A DNA stretch of 64,000 nucleotides, taken from the NCBI GenBank assembly GCA_030390025.1, contig CM059432.1, positions 46,626,001-46,690,000 of the forward strand. The letters are read 5' to 3'. The stretch comes from Squalus acanthias. Its lineage: Eukaryota. Shown here piece after piece: positions 12,228 through 24,530 of the stretch; position 1 is the stretch's first letter, and the number at the start of each line of letters is the position of its first letter. Below the pieces are notes generated by a model. That model was given only the letters and a program-made list of their open reading frames with translations, did no database searches and was not told where the DNA came from. The translations under genes and the position numbers were made by a program.

Positions 12228-12654
12228 AAAAGAAAGACTTGCATTTATATAGCGCCTTTCACGACTATCAGACATCCCGAACCGCTTTACAGCCAATTAA
12301 ATACTTTGAATTGTAGTCATTTGTTGTAATGTAAGAAATGTGGCAGCCAATTTTGTGCTCAGCAAGCTCCCACAAACAGCAATGTGATAATAACCAGATA
12401 ATTTGTTTTTGTTATGTTGATTGAGGGATAAATATTGGCCAGGACACCGGAGGTAACTCCCCTGCTGTTCTTCGAAATAATGCCATGGGATCTTTTACAT
12501 CCACCTAAGAGGGCAGACGGGGCCTTGGTTTAATGTCTCATCCAAAAGACGGCACCTCTGACAGTGCAGCACTCCCTCAGTACTGCACTGGAGTGTCAGG
12601 CCAGATTTTTGTGTTCAAGTCTCTGGAGTGGGACTTGAACCCACAACCTTCTGA
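12228..12654 (-). mobile_element. tRNA-head Deu-domain SINE (SacSINE1-like), near full length
   Basis: B-box GGTTCAAGTCC on -, Deu-like core, 3' end GGCGCTATATAAATGCAAGTCTTTCTTT. Confidence 0.8.
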
Positions 12655-13049
12655 TGACCAAATAATAGAAGCACTTTTTCAAGAAATGAGGGAATTAGGG
12701 CTGAATTTTATGGTAGACTAGGGCTCCTTCTCCAAAAGTGACTGGTCCAGCAACCTTTGGAATTTGATTGAATTAGATTGACATGTTCCTTTTCTGTTTT
12801 GTTTCATAGCACCTTGCATCACTCTCACCAGCTTTGCCAAGCATCAGCACAGCTACACATGCCCCAGAGGATGTAGATAACAATCCTGATAAGGTAGCAC
12901 TGAGCAAGTCACAGTTCACTGGTGAGGAAGAACAAGTGATGTTGGGAATAAGATCAATCACTGGGTGCCCAGAGGTCCAGCATGGTTCATGCCTTTATTG
13001 CAGTGCCTAGTGATTCTAATCTCACAGAACCTGCATATAAATAAAGATT

Positions 13050-13573
13050 AAAAATAACAACAGAAAACGCTGGAAAAACTCAGCAGGCGAGGCAGCATCC
13101 GTGGAGAGAGAAACAGAGTTAACGTTTCAGGTCGATGACCTTTCGTCAGAACTGGAAAGAGCCGGAAATCAAATAGATTTAAGGCCAGGATAAAGCTGGG
13201 AAAAGGGGGAGGGGATGAAAGAACAAAAGGAGAGATTAAGAGACATTAAGAGACATTAAGAGATATCAAGGCAAGAGGTGGTGTTAATGTGACAGGTTAA
13301 GGCTGAAAGAAGTGTGAAATCCACTGGCAGAATGAAGGACAGCTGCCAGCTTCTAGGAGGAAAAAAAAAAGTGGGGGGGGGGGGCGCAAATAAAAGGGTG
13401 GATGAAAAAAATATATATAAATGTGATTGGAGCTAAGGTTATGATCTAAAATTGTTGAACTCGATATTGAGTCCAGAGGGCTGTAGCGTGCCTAAATGAA
13501 AGATGAGGTGCTGTTCCTCGAGCTTACGCTGCGCTTCCGTGGAACAGTGTAATAGGCCGAGGACGGTGAGGTT
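13050..13573 (-). mobile_element. Penelope-like element, 5'-truncated (GIY-YIG C-terminus + 3' repeat)
   Basis: 13573-13439 encodes LTVLGLLHCSTEAQRKLEEQHLIFHLGTLQPSGLNIEFNNFRS*; 14-bp TSD TATAAATAAAGATT (13036-13049/13574-13587). Confidence 0.9.
13117..13153 (-). ncRNA. Minimal type I hammerhead ribozyme motif
   Basis: On -: AGTT-CTGACGA-A-AGGTC(ATC)GACCT-GAAA-C-GTT-AACT; stem I AGTT/AACT, palindromic AACGTT. Confidence 0.8.
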
Positions 13574-14779
13574 TATAAATAAAGATTGCAGGCTGAGCGG
13601 GTGCATCTACAGAAACCACTTGAATCGGTGTGAAGTACCCTTCAAGCTCTGACTGGGAGTATGGAAGAGTCCTCCAGCCAGATCTGTACAGTTATAGATG
13701 AATGTGTGTTTGTACTGCAGTCTACCATGGTAACTCCAGGGGCATCTGAGGCAGAGCCCTCAGTGGCATTGGTCCTAAGTACAGTGGGAGTATCTCTCAT
13801 GAATACACAGATTGTTCCTTTATACTCTCTGGGCTCCAATGTAGAAGAGGCTCTCTTGTACTGCTTCAATATATTGCGAAATTGGCTCGTGGATTAGCTA
13901 AAGGAGTGCTCTGGAGCAGTGAGATAACTGAAGCAGGCATGAATGAAATTAAGGTCCCTCAGAGCAATGCTCCATCCAACCCATCCAGCATTCCCGCGCA
14001 AGTGACAATAGATGTGCCAGAAAGCAGGTAGGACCATCCAGCCACAGTGGCAAACATGCCGAATCAGTTGTGGAACCATCTCATGAGCCAGCACAAGGAG
14101 GTACAGGGTCACATGAATTTCAACCAGTTCTCACTGAAACCCAGCAAATATCACACTCCTTTCACATTCAAAAGAAGTCATTAGGGGTTAGCGCACAAAG
14201 TACACTAATAGCAAGGGGAAGCACTATTGAAAAAGGCAGTGATATCATACACACATAAAGTAGGGTAATGAATCGGTTGCGCTGTATTTGAACTTTGTCC
14301 AAAGAGTTTGTTTTTTATTGAGCAGAATAACGTAGCAGCACAGTGAAGGAATGATGTTAATGGTAGTTGAGTAAATGCAAAAGACAGTAGTGTCCTGGAG
14401 GTTTTTTGGTCCACTTAATTGTATGAACGTAAACAGGAGGGTTCCTTAAAGGGGCAGCACAGGCTGTCAGTTAAATGTATCTTGTATGAGAGCTTGGCGC
14501 ACAGTTTTCCAGGCTCCACTGGTGCTTCAGGAGCTACAATCTCATGGTTAGTATTTGCTTCCTGCTCTGGTCTTGATTTCTAATTGACATCCTCCTTCCC
14601 CAGAGTTAGGTCTCTTTGTATATTGAAGTTAGAGAGAAGACCCGGTGATAATGATGATCTTGGATACTCTAGGCGGGCTGTGCTGCAAGGTGTCCCCACA
14701 TCAGATTAGGCATCTGAGTGCTGCTATTATACAAACTCAATAATTAGCCTAGTGGTTGCATAGGCCTCATATCTATGGT

Positions 14780-15835
14780 CTGCTTCTGTCCATATGTGCC
14801 GCAATGATGTCTTTAAGCAGGTTGAACAGCAGCCTATCCCTGAGGGCACCGTTGAGAGCGAAGCGGGAGAAGAGGAGGAGGAAGAATACATCGTGTTACT
14901 GCATGTCTCACCTGCAGGCACCAGCTCAGATACTGGCACTACACGTTCTTTAGAGGCTAGTATAGTAGCGGGATCTGCACAGGGTGATGCACTGGGAACG
15001 AGCGGGCTGCAGCAAGGCCAGGTGAAAGGGTAGCTCGGGGGCCAGCTCCCCGGAGGGCGTGTTCGCGCACAAGTTCTGCTGCAAAGGACTCGGATGAGGA
15101 CCTCAATGGGGAGGCCTTTAGAAGAAGGGTGATGGGCAGGCACATGGAAATGATAGGTGCAATGGCAAGGGTGCCTGAGAGCCTGTCGGCAATGGTAAGG
15201 AGCATGGAGGAGTCCGCTTCCAACATTGTACAAAGCTCTGCGCACACCATGGAGCCCATCGCTTCCAGTCTGGAAAGGATGGTCGACTCCCAGACCTGAT
15301 GCCGCGTGTGATGGGCAATCTGGCAGCTTCCATTGCAGCACAGGTGGAAGTGATGCAACGTCTTAGTGCTGTAATGCAATCTATGGTTGGTGCCATTCAA
15401 TCGCAGACCGCTCTCATGCAGTCTCAGCTTGATGCCACACAAGCTCTGACTGCTGCCGTCATGGCTGGGTCTACCACTGTCAACCACGGCTTTTGCGGTG
15501 TCGCAGCAGGCCAGCAATCTGTGCTGTAACAGATTGCTAGGGATGCTGAGGTGCTGCCCCGGGGGAGTGGCAGTGTGTCAGTGGAGCAGAAACCTGCTGT
15601 CCTCTCTCAGGATGACAGCATTCCCGTTCCCACCACTGCCACTCCGCCATTGCCCTTGTCGCTGCCTGTCATCCAGCCAGCCCAGACTGCTGCCGTCCAT
15701 GCTGAGGTGGTGCAATCTACAGCCGGGCCCTCCAGGCCCAGAGCTGGTCGAGGGCGTCCTGCAAGGTCATCTGAAGTCTCCCGCATGGACACTCAGCAGC
15801 CACTGGGCCAACACTTTGCAGGAGCACTAGAGTAG
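14780..15835 (+). pseudogene. Decayed last exon of a Harbinger Myb/SANT-like gene (second family)
   Basis: Acidic patch, SMEESASNI coiled-coil region and AGPSRPRAGRGRP C-terminus parallel 30060-30500 and 38776-39318; broken by stops and a frameshift. Confidence 0.65.
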
Positions 15836-16050
15836 GCAAAGGCACAGTAACAAGAGGCACTAAGGGATTGCACAAGGGTGAATAGTTAATATTGTTGTTT
15901 TAAATATGTGTTCACTGATTATTGATAAATTTATTAAATCAGTTTGGATTATTTTGTGGTGTGTCTCATTTCAGCTTTGCGCTGTGATATGGCCTGTGAC
16001 AGGGATGGAATGATGTGGATGTGGTGAGCAACGGGGATCTGGGGTTTAAT

Positions 16051-16230
16051 TTATTGGAACCGCAGTCTGATGAGGCGGTCATAGACTGCCCTTCTGGAAG
16101 GCCGATTGTGTGGCTACCTCCTCCCTCGCTCCTCTTCCTCCTCATCCTCCTTCTCTTCCAATGTTTCAGCTTGTCTGTATTTATTTCTGTAGCAGATGCC
16201 ACAGCTCTGGATTTGCCTCTATGCTAAATT
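16051..16230 (-). pseudogene. C-terminal remnant of a Harbinger transposase, convergent with the Myb remnant
   Basis: Glu-rich tract followed by AVYDRLIRLRFQ*, analogous to [12 protein letters not shown] at 39615. Confidence 0.5.
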
Positions 16231-16877
16231 TCAGCCTCTGAAGGCAATGCTCTTCAGTCAATACCAAATAGCTGTACCTGGGCCTATAGCGGAGTGGTAT
16301 TTGGGAAGGTCTGGTGCCATCTAATATCTCTGGCAGCTCTTCCTTTCTGAATCCTGAAATGAGAGAGCCAGTCTCAGCTGTAATGCCCATTTTAAATGGA
16401 TGGAATGAGCAAATTCCTTTGATAATGCATAAAAACTGTAATTTTGTGGGCAGCCCCTGAATAACCAATAATTTTCCAAATAATGAACACAAGGTTAATG
16501 CATGATTTAGGTGCAATACTGCCCCACAGTTTAATGCTCATACAATTTTAGGACAGGTGGAAAATGGGTGGAAACCACACAATATAACAGACTCACCAAT
16601 TTGCTAGCCATTAACGTTCAACTGCAGCTGGTATAAATCTTTGTATCGACCATAATTTCTAGGCTCTAATCATAAAGATTAACAGTTATCATAGTTCACA
16701 GTGATAAATAAGCCCTCAGCTGATGCACCAAACACAAACCTAATCTACAATCATAAATGAAACAAGCTCCTAACTCTTCTTTAGGATAGAAATTATAGTA
16801 CTTCTCATAAAAATCCTCTGTTTATTATGATAATGGAGGCATTAGTTTATTGAGGATGGTGTTTCCTTTATAACGGC

Positions 16878-17003
16878 CATGATGCGGAGATGCCGGTGTT
16901 GGACTGGGGTGGACAAAAGTGAGAAGTCGCACAACACCAGGTTATAGTCCAAAACAGTTTTATTTGAAATCACAAGCTTTCGGAGCTGCTGCCCCTTCGT
17001 CAG
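16878..17003 (-). mobile_element. Penelope-like 3' end (same family as 6417 and 59664) with truncated hammerhead
   Basis: Near-identical to the reverse complement of 6532-6654; begins at the CTGACGA box. Confidence 0.85.
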
Positions 17004-17447
17004 CAGAGAATAATTTTGTGAGTGTGTTAAACATTCATACAATAACAATGTGACACTTAGTTCTACCACTTTATCTTTCTGCCAGATTGCACTCCAAGTT
17101 TTCATGTTTATTTTCGGTATTCATGAACTGAGCGTAATGCCTCTGCTTACCTTCCCATCCCTTTGCCCATTTGCAACATTTTATTTCTAATACAGCTTTA
17201 TTACATACGCTTATAACAACTCCTGATGGATCGAAAGGTCCTGGTACAAATTCTAATCAATTTCAGTCATCATTATATCATCTTCATAGATGTATTGGTT
17301 TGCTATTTTTCACTTGTAGCCAAAGATATGAAAAAGAGCAGCCCTTCCTACTGATGTCTTGCAGCATATATTAACCCTGAAGCCATTAGTTAGTCTGAAT
17401 GTGTTCCCTGCTATCCTGTCTGAATTAACTCGACCAGGAACTCAGAG

Positions 17448-18899
17448 TAAAGGGATAATTACAAGTCCTAGCCCTTCTCGGGCTACCCCAGATCAGGCGT
17501 ATTCCCCAGATGTTCACCTTCAACTAAAGTTAGCGGTAGCTGAATCCTAGAGATGCTTAATTGGGTCTAAAGGTCAGACTACCTCTCCCTAAAGGAAAGG
17601 AACGGCTTGAAGATGTTACCGTCCTCCAGATAGCACTTTTAATAAGGTTAACTAGACTGTAACCTTCCGGATATTATTAGGGTCCGGAACCCGCCCCCCC
17701 CCCAAGAATTCTGTAACTCCTCTCAAAAGAGTGTACAGAAATTGAGTTCGCAAGATTGATACAGAAATACTCTGTGAGACAATTCTAAAAATATATAGAT
17801 TTATTAAAGAACCGACATTCGGCTAACAGCTGTTGATTCAATCGCAACTTTAACAGTTCAAAATACAAAATAGCTTACATTTCTTATCAGAGATCCTTAT
17901 TCTCAAATCTTAACTTTGTTACATTTCCACACTTCTACTTATTCTTAATCCAGAATATCCACCAAAATCAAATACCTTGATTACCCGAGACTCAAAGAGT
18001 TGTAGGCCTACAGAGTGGTTCTGAAGGCGAGAATCGCTTGCCTTTCCAGCGACTTCTGACTTTCTATCTGAAAAGCTCTATTTTTATACCTTTTTTTAGT
18101 GGTTTATCCTTTGAAGTTTTCTGCTGATGTAAGCTAATTATCTCTAGTCATTCTCTATTGAATTCTTTTCTATTCTTACTGTTAATTCAGCTGTTAACTT
18201 TTAGAATCCTGTCTGCTGTATAGGTGTTTCAAAAACTTATCATATAAAATGGCTATTACAGATTTATCTCTTTGATGCCATTCTTTCGAAGGTCTTCAAT
18301 TCAATTCTTAATATTGGCTTAACTGCTTGTATTACAGACTTCTCGTCTCCTTGTGTTCCAAGTTCAACACATAAACAATGTGATTGCTTGGTATATCTAT
18401 TGATGTAATATTTTCAAAGTCTTCTGTAGGTATCTTTTACAACATGTAAATTAAAAACACTTCATCTAGGATGTTCTTTGCATTTCTTAGCTACTTCAAT
18501 TGGTTGTATATATAATCGTGTTTCCTGTTTCATTTGATGTTACTTTTACAAAGACACATGGTTTTTTAATGTTCTGTGTTTCTGTTCGACGTGTTTGTTT
18601 TTAACACTTTAAACTGGGTATAGCTATTGTGTTGGTTCCAAACTGCAGATTCCTTGGAACCTACAACCCTCTGTTTCAATGAGGCCATTGTCTTAGTATT
18701 TACAACCATTTCCCATTTCAAAAGCTTATATGGTGTTTACAGCTTTGTGACTCAGCCTATCTCAGAAGCCTGTATTTCTGTTTACGGCTTGTGTCGTTGA
18801 GGCTTTTAGATTTTTAAACCCAGTTTGTCATATTTTAATAAAGCTAGAATTCTATTCATAGGATGGTGTATTTTTCTGAAATATGGCTATTCCATTACA
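17448..18899 (-). mobile_element. Long solo LTR (~1.45 kb), copy 1
   Basis: On -: TGTAATGGAATA...TATCCCTT(C>T)A, 4-bp TSD AGAG (17444-17447/18900-18903), TATAAAA at 18088-18082, AATAAA at 17805-17800; homologous over its full length to copy 2. Confidence 0.8.
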
Positions 18900-20218
18900 A
18901 GAGATCTAAAAATGCTGGATACTTTCCACAGTAAACCTCTCAAACCTTGTTGCATGCTTTCTCTAAGTTATAGAACACTAAAAATACTGTAGTCCAGCTT
19001 TCTGTTAGTCACATAATTATGCTGTTCTTGCACTAGAGTTGGTTAACTGTTCATTTACAATTTGCAACAGAATATGTGCCAAGAACAATAGTAATAGCTG
19101 TATGTTTGGACGTTGCACTTTCTCCTGGAGTTGAGAGCAAAAACATATTTCTTTCCATGTGATTTTCTCTCCGTGTTGTCAGCAGAGTAGTGCAGCTAAT
19201 TAATGCTGATGGCCTGCAGCTTGAACACGGTCCAGTGTGAGTTCATTGGGACCGAGTGCCTTGCCACCTTTCATGTTGTTGACACTTTTGCCACCTTCTG
19301 CTTCATCAGATCGTCAGTGACACTTCCTGCCTAACTCTCAGTGGGTCCTGCAGGCTGATATCTATCAGGTTCCATTCATGCAGCAGCTTTTGAAAGTCAT
19401 CATTCCATCTGGTCTTTATTAGCTCTGGAGATTGGTGATTTTTACCATCTGTATACTTCACACAAGATGACAGGATTGGATTAACCTTGGCTTTCCCTCT
19501 GCCTTGTGAAACTGTAGCTTTGCTGTCTTTCCACTTTTTCAGAAGTCAAATAGTTCATAATATGCTTTGCCTTTCCTATCACACACACTTCTCTTATTTG
19601 CAAGCTTAAAATGCCAGTGGGACACTGGGAATAGGTTTAATGTATATTTAGTCTTCCTTGGTTTAATGGCTCTCTTTAATTGATGAGATGAAAAGATTAG
19701 TATCATTATCATTTCTAGAAGGAATGTTCAACTTCTGAGCTAGGAACTCCTGACAGTAGTCACGCTAGGTTAAATATTTTCCAGATTTGCTTCCTTATCT
19801 CTCATCTCTGAAGGCATCAACTCCTGCTGCAGCATACAAGCAGTGGCAGGCCTCTGATATCTCAGTTAAGCGACAATTCTCTGATATCTCAGTTAAGTGA
19901 GTGTTGGGACAGTCTAGATTAGATTTTCCTGTCCTGGTGAAGTTCAGTCCCAAATGGCTAGAACTGATGATTTTTATGACCTGTGTGCAAAGCTGACCTG
20001 ACGTGTCTCTTCTTCTTAGGCAATCCCTCGGAACCGAGGATGACTTGCTTCCACATTAAAAATGAGTTCGCAGGTGACTGATAAGACCAATGCAGGATCT
20101 ACAGTCTCTGTCACAGGTGGGGCAGACGGTGGTTAAAGGGGCGGGTGGGTGGGGTGCTTGGGTTGACGTGCACTCCTTCCGCTGTTTGCGCTTGGCTTCC
20201 GCTTGCTCCCGGCGAAAA

Positions 20219-22399
20219 TGAAGGGATAATTACTAATCCTAGCCCTTTTCGGGCTACCCCAGATCAGTCGTATTCCCCAGACGTTCACCTTCAACTAAAG
20301 TTAGAGATAGCCGAATCCTAGAGATGCTTAATTGGATTTAAAAGTCAGACTATCTCTCTCTAAAGGAAAGAAACGACTTGAAGATGTTACCATCCTTCCA
20401 GATAGCACTTTTAATAAGTTTAACTAGACTGTAACCTTCCGGACATTATGAGGGTCCGGAAAACCACCCAGAATTCTGCAACTCCTCACAGAAGAGTGTA
20501 CAGAAATTGAGTTTGCACGTTTAATATAGAAGTACTCTGCGAGACAATTCTAAAAATATATAGATTTATTAAAGAACCGACATGTAGTTAACAGTTGGTG
20601 AGTCAATCGCAACTTTAACAGTTCAAAATACAAATAGCTTACATTTCTTATCAGAGATCCTTATTCTCAAATCTTTATATTTCTACTTATTCTTAATCCA
20701 GAATATCCACCAAAATCAAATAAAAGTACCTTTTGATCCCCGAGACTCAAAGAGTTAAAAACTTACAGAGCCTGCCTCTGAAGTTGAGAATCGCTTTGCC
20801 CCTACCAGCGACTTCTGACTTCCTATCGGAAAGCTCCATATTTTATACTCTTTTTGCAGTGGCATATTCTTTGAAGTTTTCTGTTGATGTAATCTATTTA
20901 TCTCCAGTCATCTTTCTGTTGACTTCTTTCTATTCTTACTGTTATTTCAGCTGCTAACTTGCAGAATTCTGTCTCTACCTTTAGGTGTTCGAAAGTTATC
21001 ATAAAAAATGGTTATAACAGATGTATCTATTTGATGCCATTCTTACGAAGGTCTCCTATTGAATTCTTAAATTACTTTAGTTGCTTGTAAGCCAGACTTT
21101 GCGTCTCCTTGTGTTCCAAGTTCAACACATAAACAATGTGATTGCTTGGTGCATCAATTGATGTAATATTTACAAAGTCTTCTGTTTGTACCTTTTACTA
21201 TATGTAAATCAAAAACACTTCAGCCGAGTACTTGATTGTTTCCCCAGCCATCTTAGTTGGTTGTATTACAAACTTATGTTTCCTGTCTTTCATTTGATGT
21301 TACTTTTACAAAGACACAGGGCCGAAAATTGATCCCGGGACGCGAGAGTACGCACTGCATACTCTCGCGTATTCCCACTCCAATTGCCGGTTTTCTGCAT
21401 GCCCTGCGCATGCGCTGAAAACCGGCAATTGCTCTTCTGAAAAGGGGGCGGGGCCTGGGTGCATCGCGTGCACGCTACAGGCTGCGCGCACGCTGTGCAC
21501 TTCATGCTTTGGACGCGCAGGTAAGTAGGGAAGATTTTGGAAATGTAAAAAGGAGGAGTAAGACCCGCTTTTAAGAAGGTAAGTAGTGAATTAAGTATTT
21601 TTTTGAATTTTTTTTTACAGGGATATCTTTTTTATAGACTTTAAAGACAGGTAAGTTTATTTTTATAACATTTTAAAAGATTTTAAATTTTTTCAAAAAT
21701 TTAATTTTTTATTTAAAATGGTTAATTTAATTAACTATACTTATTTTATTAATGTGATGGGTTTTTTTAAAATTTAATTGAGGTTTAGCTGTTATTTTGG
21801 GGGGGTGTAAGATTCATAAGTCTCACAGCCATGCTGTGAGACTTATGAATGGAAGATGGTGTGCTGCCATTGGCTCTAACTGAGTCACGTGATCCCACAG
21901 CTCGCTCGAATTCACTACGCCGCTGGGATACGCAAGCCCAGCACAGCTGATGTCTGGAACATCAAGTTCGTGCGAGCTGGATCAGAAAAAGCATAAGCGA
22001 GGTGAGACATCGCGGGGAAGGCTTACCCACGCGGGAACAGAGCGAGATCAATTTCTGGGCCACAATGTTTTAATGTTCTGTGTTTCTGTTCGAAGTGTTA
22101 GTTTTTAACACTTTAAACTGGGTATAGCTATTGTGTTGGTTCCAAACTGCAGACTTCTTGGAACCTCCAACCCTCTGTTTCAATGAGGCCATTGTCTCAG
22201 TGTCAATAACCAATTCCCATTTCAAAAGCTTGTATGGTGTTTATAGCTTTGTGACTCATCTTAACTCAGAAGCCTGTATTTACAGCTTTGTTTCGTTGAG
22301 GCTTTTAGATTTTTAAACCCAGTTTGTCATATTTTAATAAAATCTGAATTCTGTTCGTAGGATGGTGTATTTTTCTGAAATATGGCTCATTCCTTTACG
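20219..22399 (-). mobile_element. Long solo LTR, copy 2, carrying a MITE
   Basis: TGAAGGGATAA...ATTCCTTTAC(A>G) on +, TSD AAAA/AAGA (one mismatch); colinear with 17448-18899 apart from the insert at 21319-22061. Confidence 0.8.
21319..22061. mobile_element. Harbinger-type MITE with internal hairpins
   Basis: TIRs GGGCCGAAAATTGATC / GATCAATTTCTGGGCC, 3-bp TSD ACA; empty site visible in LTR copy 1 (~18555). Confidence 0.88.
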
Positions 22400-24530
22400 A
22401 AGAGACTCGAGGTGTTTGGCACCTTCCCGGATGCTTCTCCTCCACTTTGTGCGGTCTTGGGCCAGGGATTCCCAGGTGTCAGTGGGGATGTTGCACTTTT
22501 TCAAGGAGGCTTTGAAGGTGTCCTTGAAGCATTTCCTCTGCCCACCTGGGGCTCTCTTGCCATTCCGGAGCACCGAGTAGAGTGCTTGTTTTGGGAGTCT
22601 TGTATCGGGCATGCGGACGATGTGACCCATCCATCTGAGCTGATCGAGCGTGGTCAAAGCTTCAATGCTGGGGATGTTGGCCTGAGCGAGAACACTGACA
22701 TTGGTGTGCCTATCCTGCAAATGGATTTGCAGGATCGTGCAGAGGCAGCGTTGGTGGTACCTCTCCAGTGCTTTGAGGTGCTTGCTGTACATGGTCCATG
22801 TCTCTGAGGCATACTGCAGGACGGGTATCACTGCTGCTCTGTAGACCATGAGCTTAGTGCCGGGTTTGAGGTCCTGGTCTTCAAACACTCTCTTCCTCAG
22901 GCGACCGAAGGCTGCACTGGCACACTGAAGGCGGTGTTGGACTTCATCATCGACATCTGCCCTTGTTGACAGTAGGCTCCCGAGGTATGGAAAGTGGTCC
23001 ACGTTTTCCAAAGCCTTGTCGTGGATTTTGATAATCGGGGAGCAGTACTGTGTGACGGCAGCAGGTTGGTAGAGGACCTTTGTCTTACGGGTGTTTAGTG
23101 TAAGGCCCATGCTCTCATATGCTTCGGTGAAGGTGTTGATGATGGTTTGGAGTTTGACCTCCGAGTGAGCGCAGACACAAGCGTCATCTGCATACTGTAA
23201 TTCCACGACAGAGGATGGGACAACCTTGGATCTGGACGGGAGGCGACGGAGGTTGAACAGTTTCCTGTTTGTTCTGTAAATTAGTTCCACTCCAGCGGGG
23301 AGCTTACTGAGGGTGAGATGGAGCATTGCAGCAAGGAAGATTGAGAAGAGCGTTGGTGCGATGACACAGCCTTGCTTGACCCTGGTTCATACGTGAATTG
23401 GGTCTGTGGTGGAACGGTTGGTCAGGATCACAGCTTGCATGTTGTCATGAAGCAGGCGAAGGATGGTGACAAACTTTTGAGGGCTGCCGAATTTGCGGAG
23501 GACACTCCATAATCCCTCACGGTTGACAGTGTCGAAGGCCATTGTGTGATCAAAGAAGGCCATGTTCCCTGCATTTCTCTTGTAATTGACGTGCGGTGAA
23601 AATCATGTCCATTGTGCCCCTTAGTGGGCGGAATCTGCATTGCGACTCTGGGAGGAGCTCTTCGGCCACTGGGAGAAGGCGATTGAGGAGGATTCTTGCA
23701 ATGACTTTCCCTGTGGCAGACAGCAGGGAAACTCCTTTGTAATTACCGCAATCGGACTTGTCACCTTTCTTGAAGATGGTCACAATTACGGCATCTCTGA
23801 GATCCCCTGGCATGCTCTCCTCCTTCCAGATAAGAGAAATGAGTTCATGAATTCACGCCAGTAGTGCTTCTCCGCCATGCTTTAGTGCCGCGGCGGGGAT
23901 TCCATCTGCTCCTGAGGCCTTGTTGTTCTTCAGTTGTCGGATGGCCTTTTCAACCTCATGCCGGGCTGGGGTTGTGCTAAGATGGTGGCGGGTAGCATGC
24001 TGCGGGATGGAGTTGAGGACACTCACGACGAAGACAGAGTCTCGGTTAAGGAGCTCTTCGAAGTGCTCCTTCCAGCGGACACTGACTGCCTCTCTGTCCT
24101 TGATGAGTACCTCTCCGTTCTTGGCCCACAGTGGGGTAGGACCTTGGGTGCTTGGGCCGTAGATGGCCTTGACTGCGCTAAAGAATCAACGCACATCGTG
24201 GTTGTCGGCCAGCTGTTGGATCTCTTGCGCTTTCTCCACCCACCATCTGTTCTTTAGGTAGTGTGCCGTTTATATGCAACTTTTGCGGACAATTAATTAG
24301 CATAAGTATTCGTAGCTCCAAGTGCTGCTTTGGCCTTGAGTAGGCAGGTAGCCTCATTTCAGAGGGATGGCGGGGGGCGGTGGGGGGGGGGGGTGGCGGG
24401 GAAGGGAAAATTGCACCAGATAAAATTTTAAGGGATATGGATACTTAAAGGTAAGAGGCAGCATCAGAGGTAAAACATTATTAGAGCCTTTCTAACAGGT
24501 CAAAAGGCATTCCATTCATTAGCAACATAT

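Larger units (their letters stand above)
20007..24258 (-). mobile_element. RTE-clade (BovB/Expander-like) LINE, 5'-truncated, interrupted by an LTR
   Basis: IVTIFKKGDKSDCGNYKGVSLLS, ELQYADD, FPYLGS, QLRWMGHIVRMPDTRLPKQ, GGQRK; (AAG)n 3' tail near 20007-20017; flanks of the LTR rejoin as CCCGGCGAAGAGACTCG. Confidence 0.92.

Noticed and set aside
17448..22399. The two long LTRs as ends of one provirus
   Set aside because: Each has its own TSD, the second sits inside an RTE, they are visibly diverged, and the spacer shows no PBS, PPT or retroviral coding sequence.
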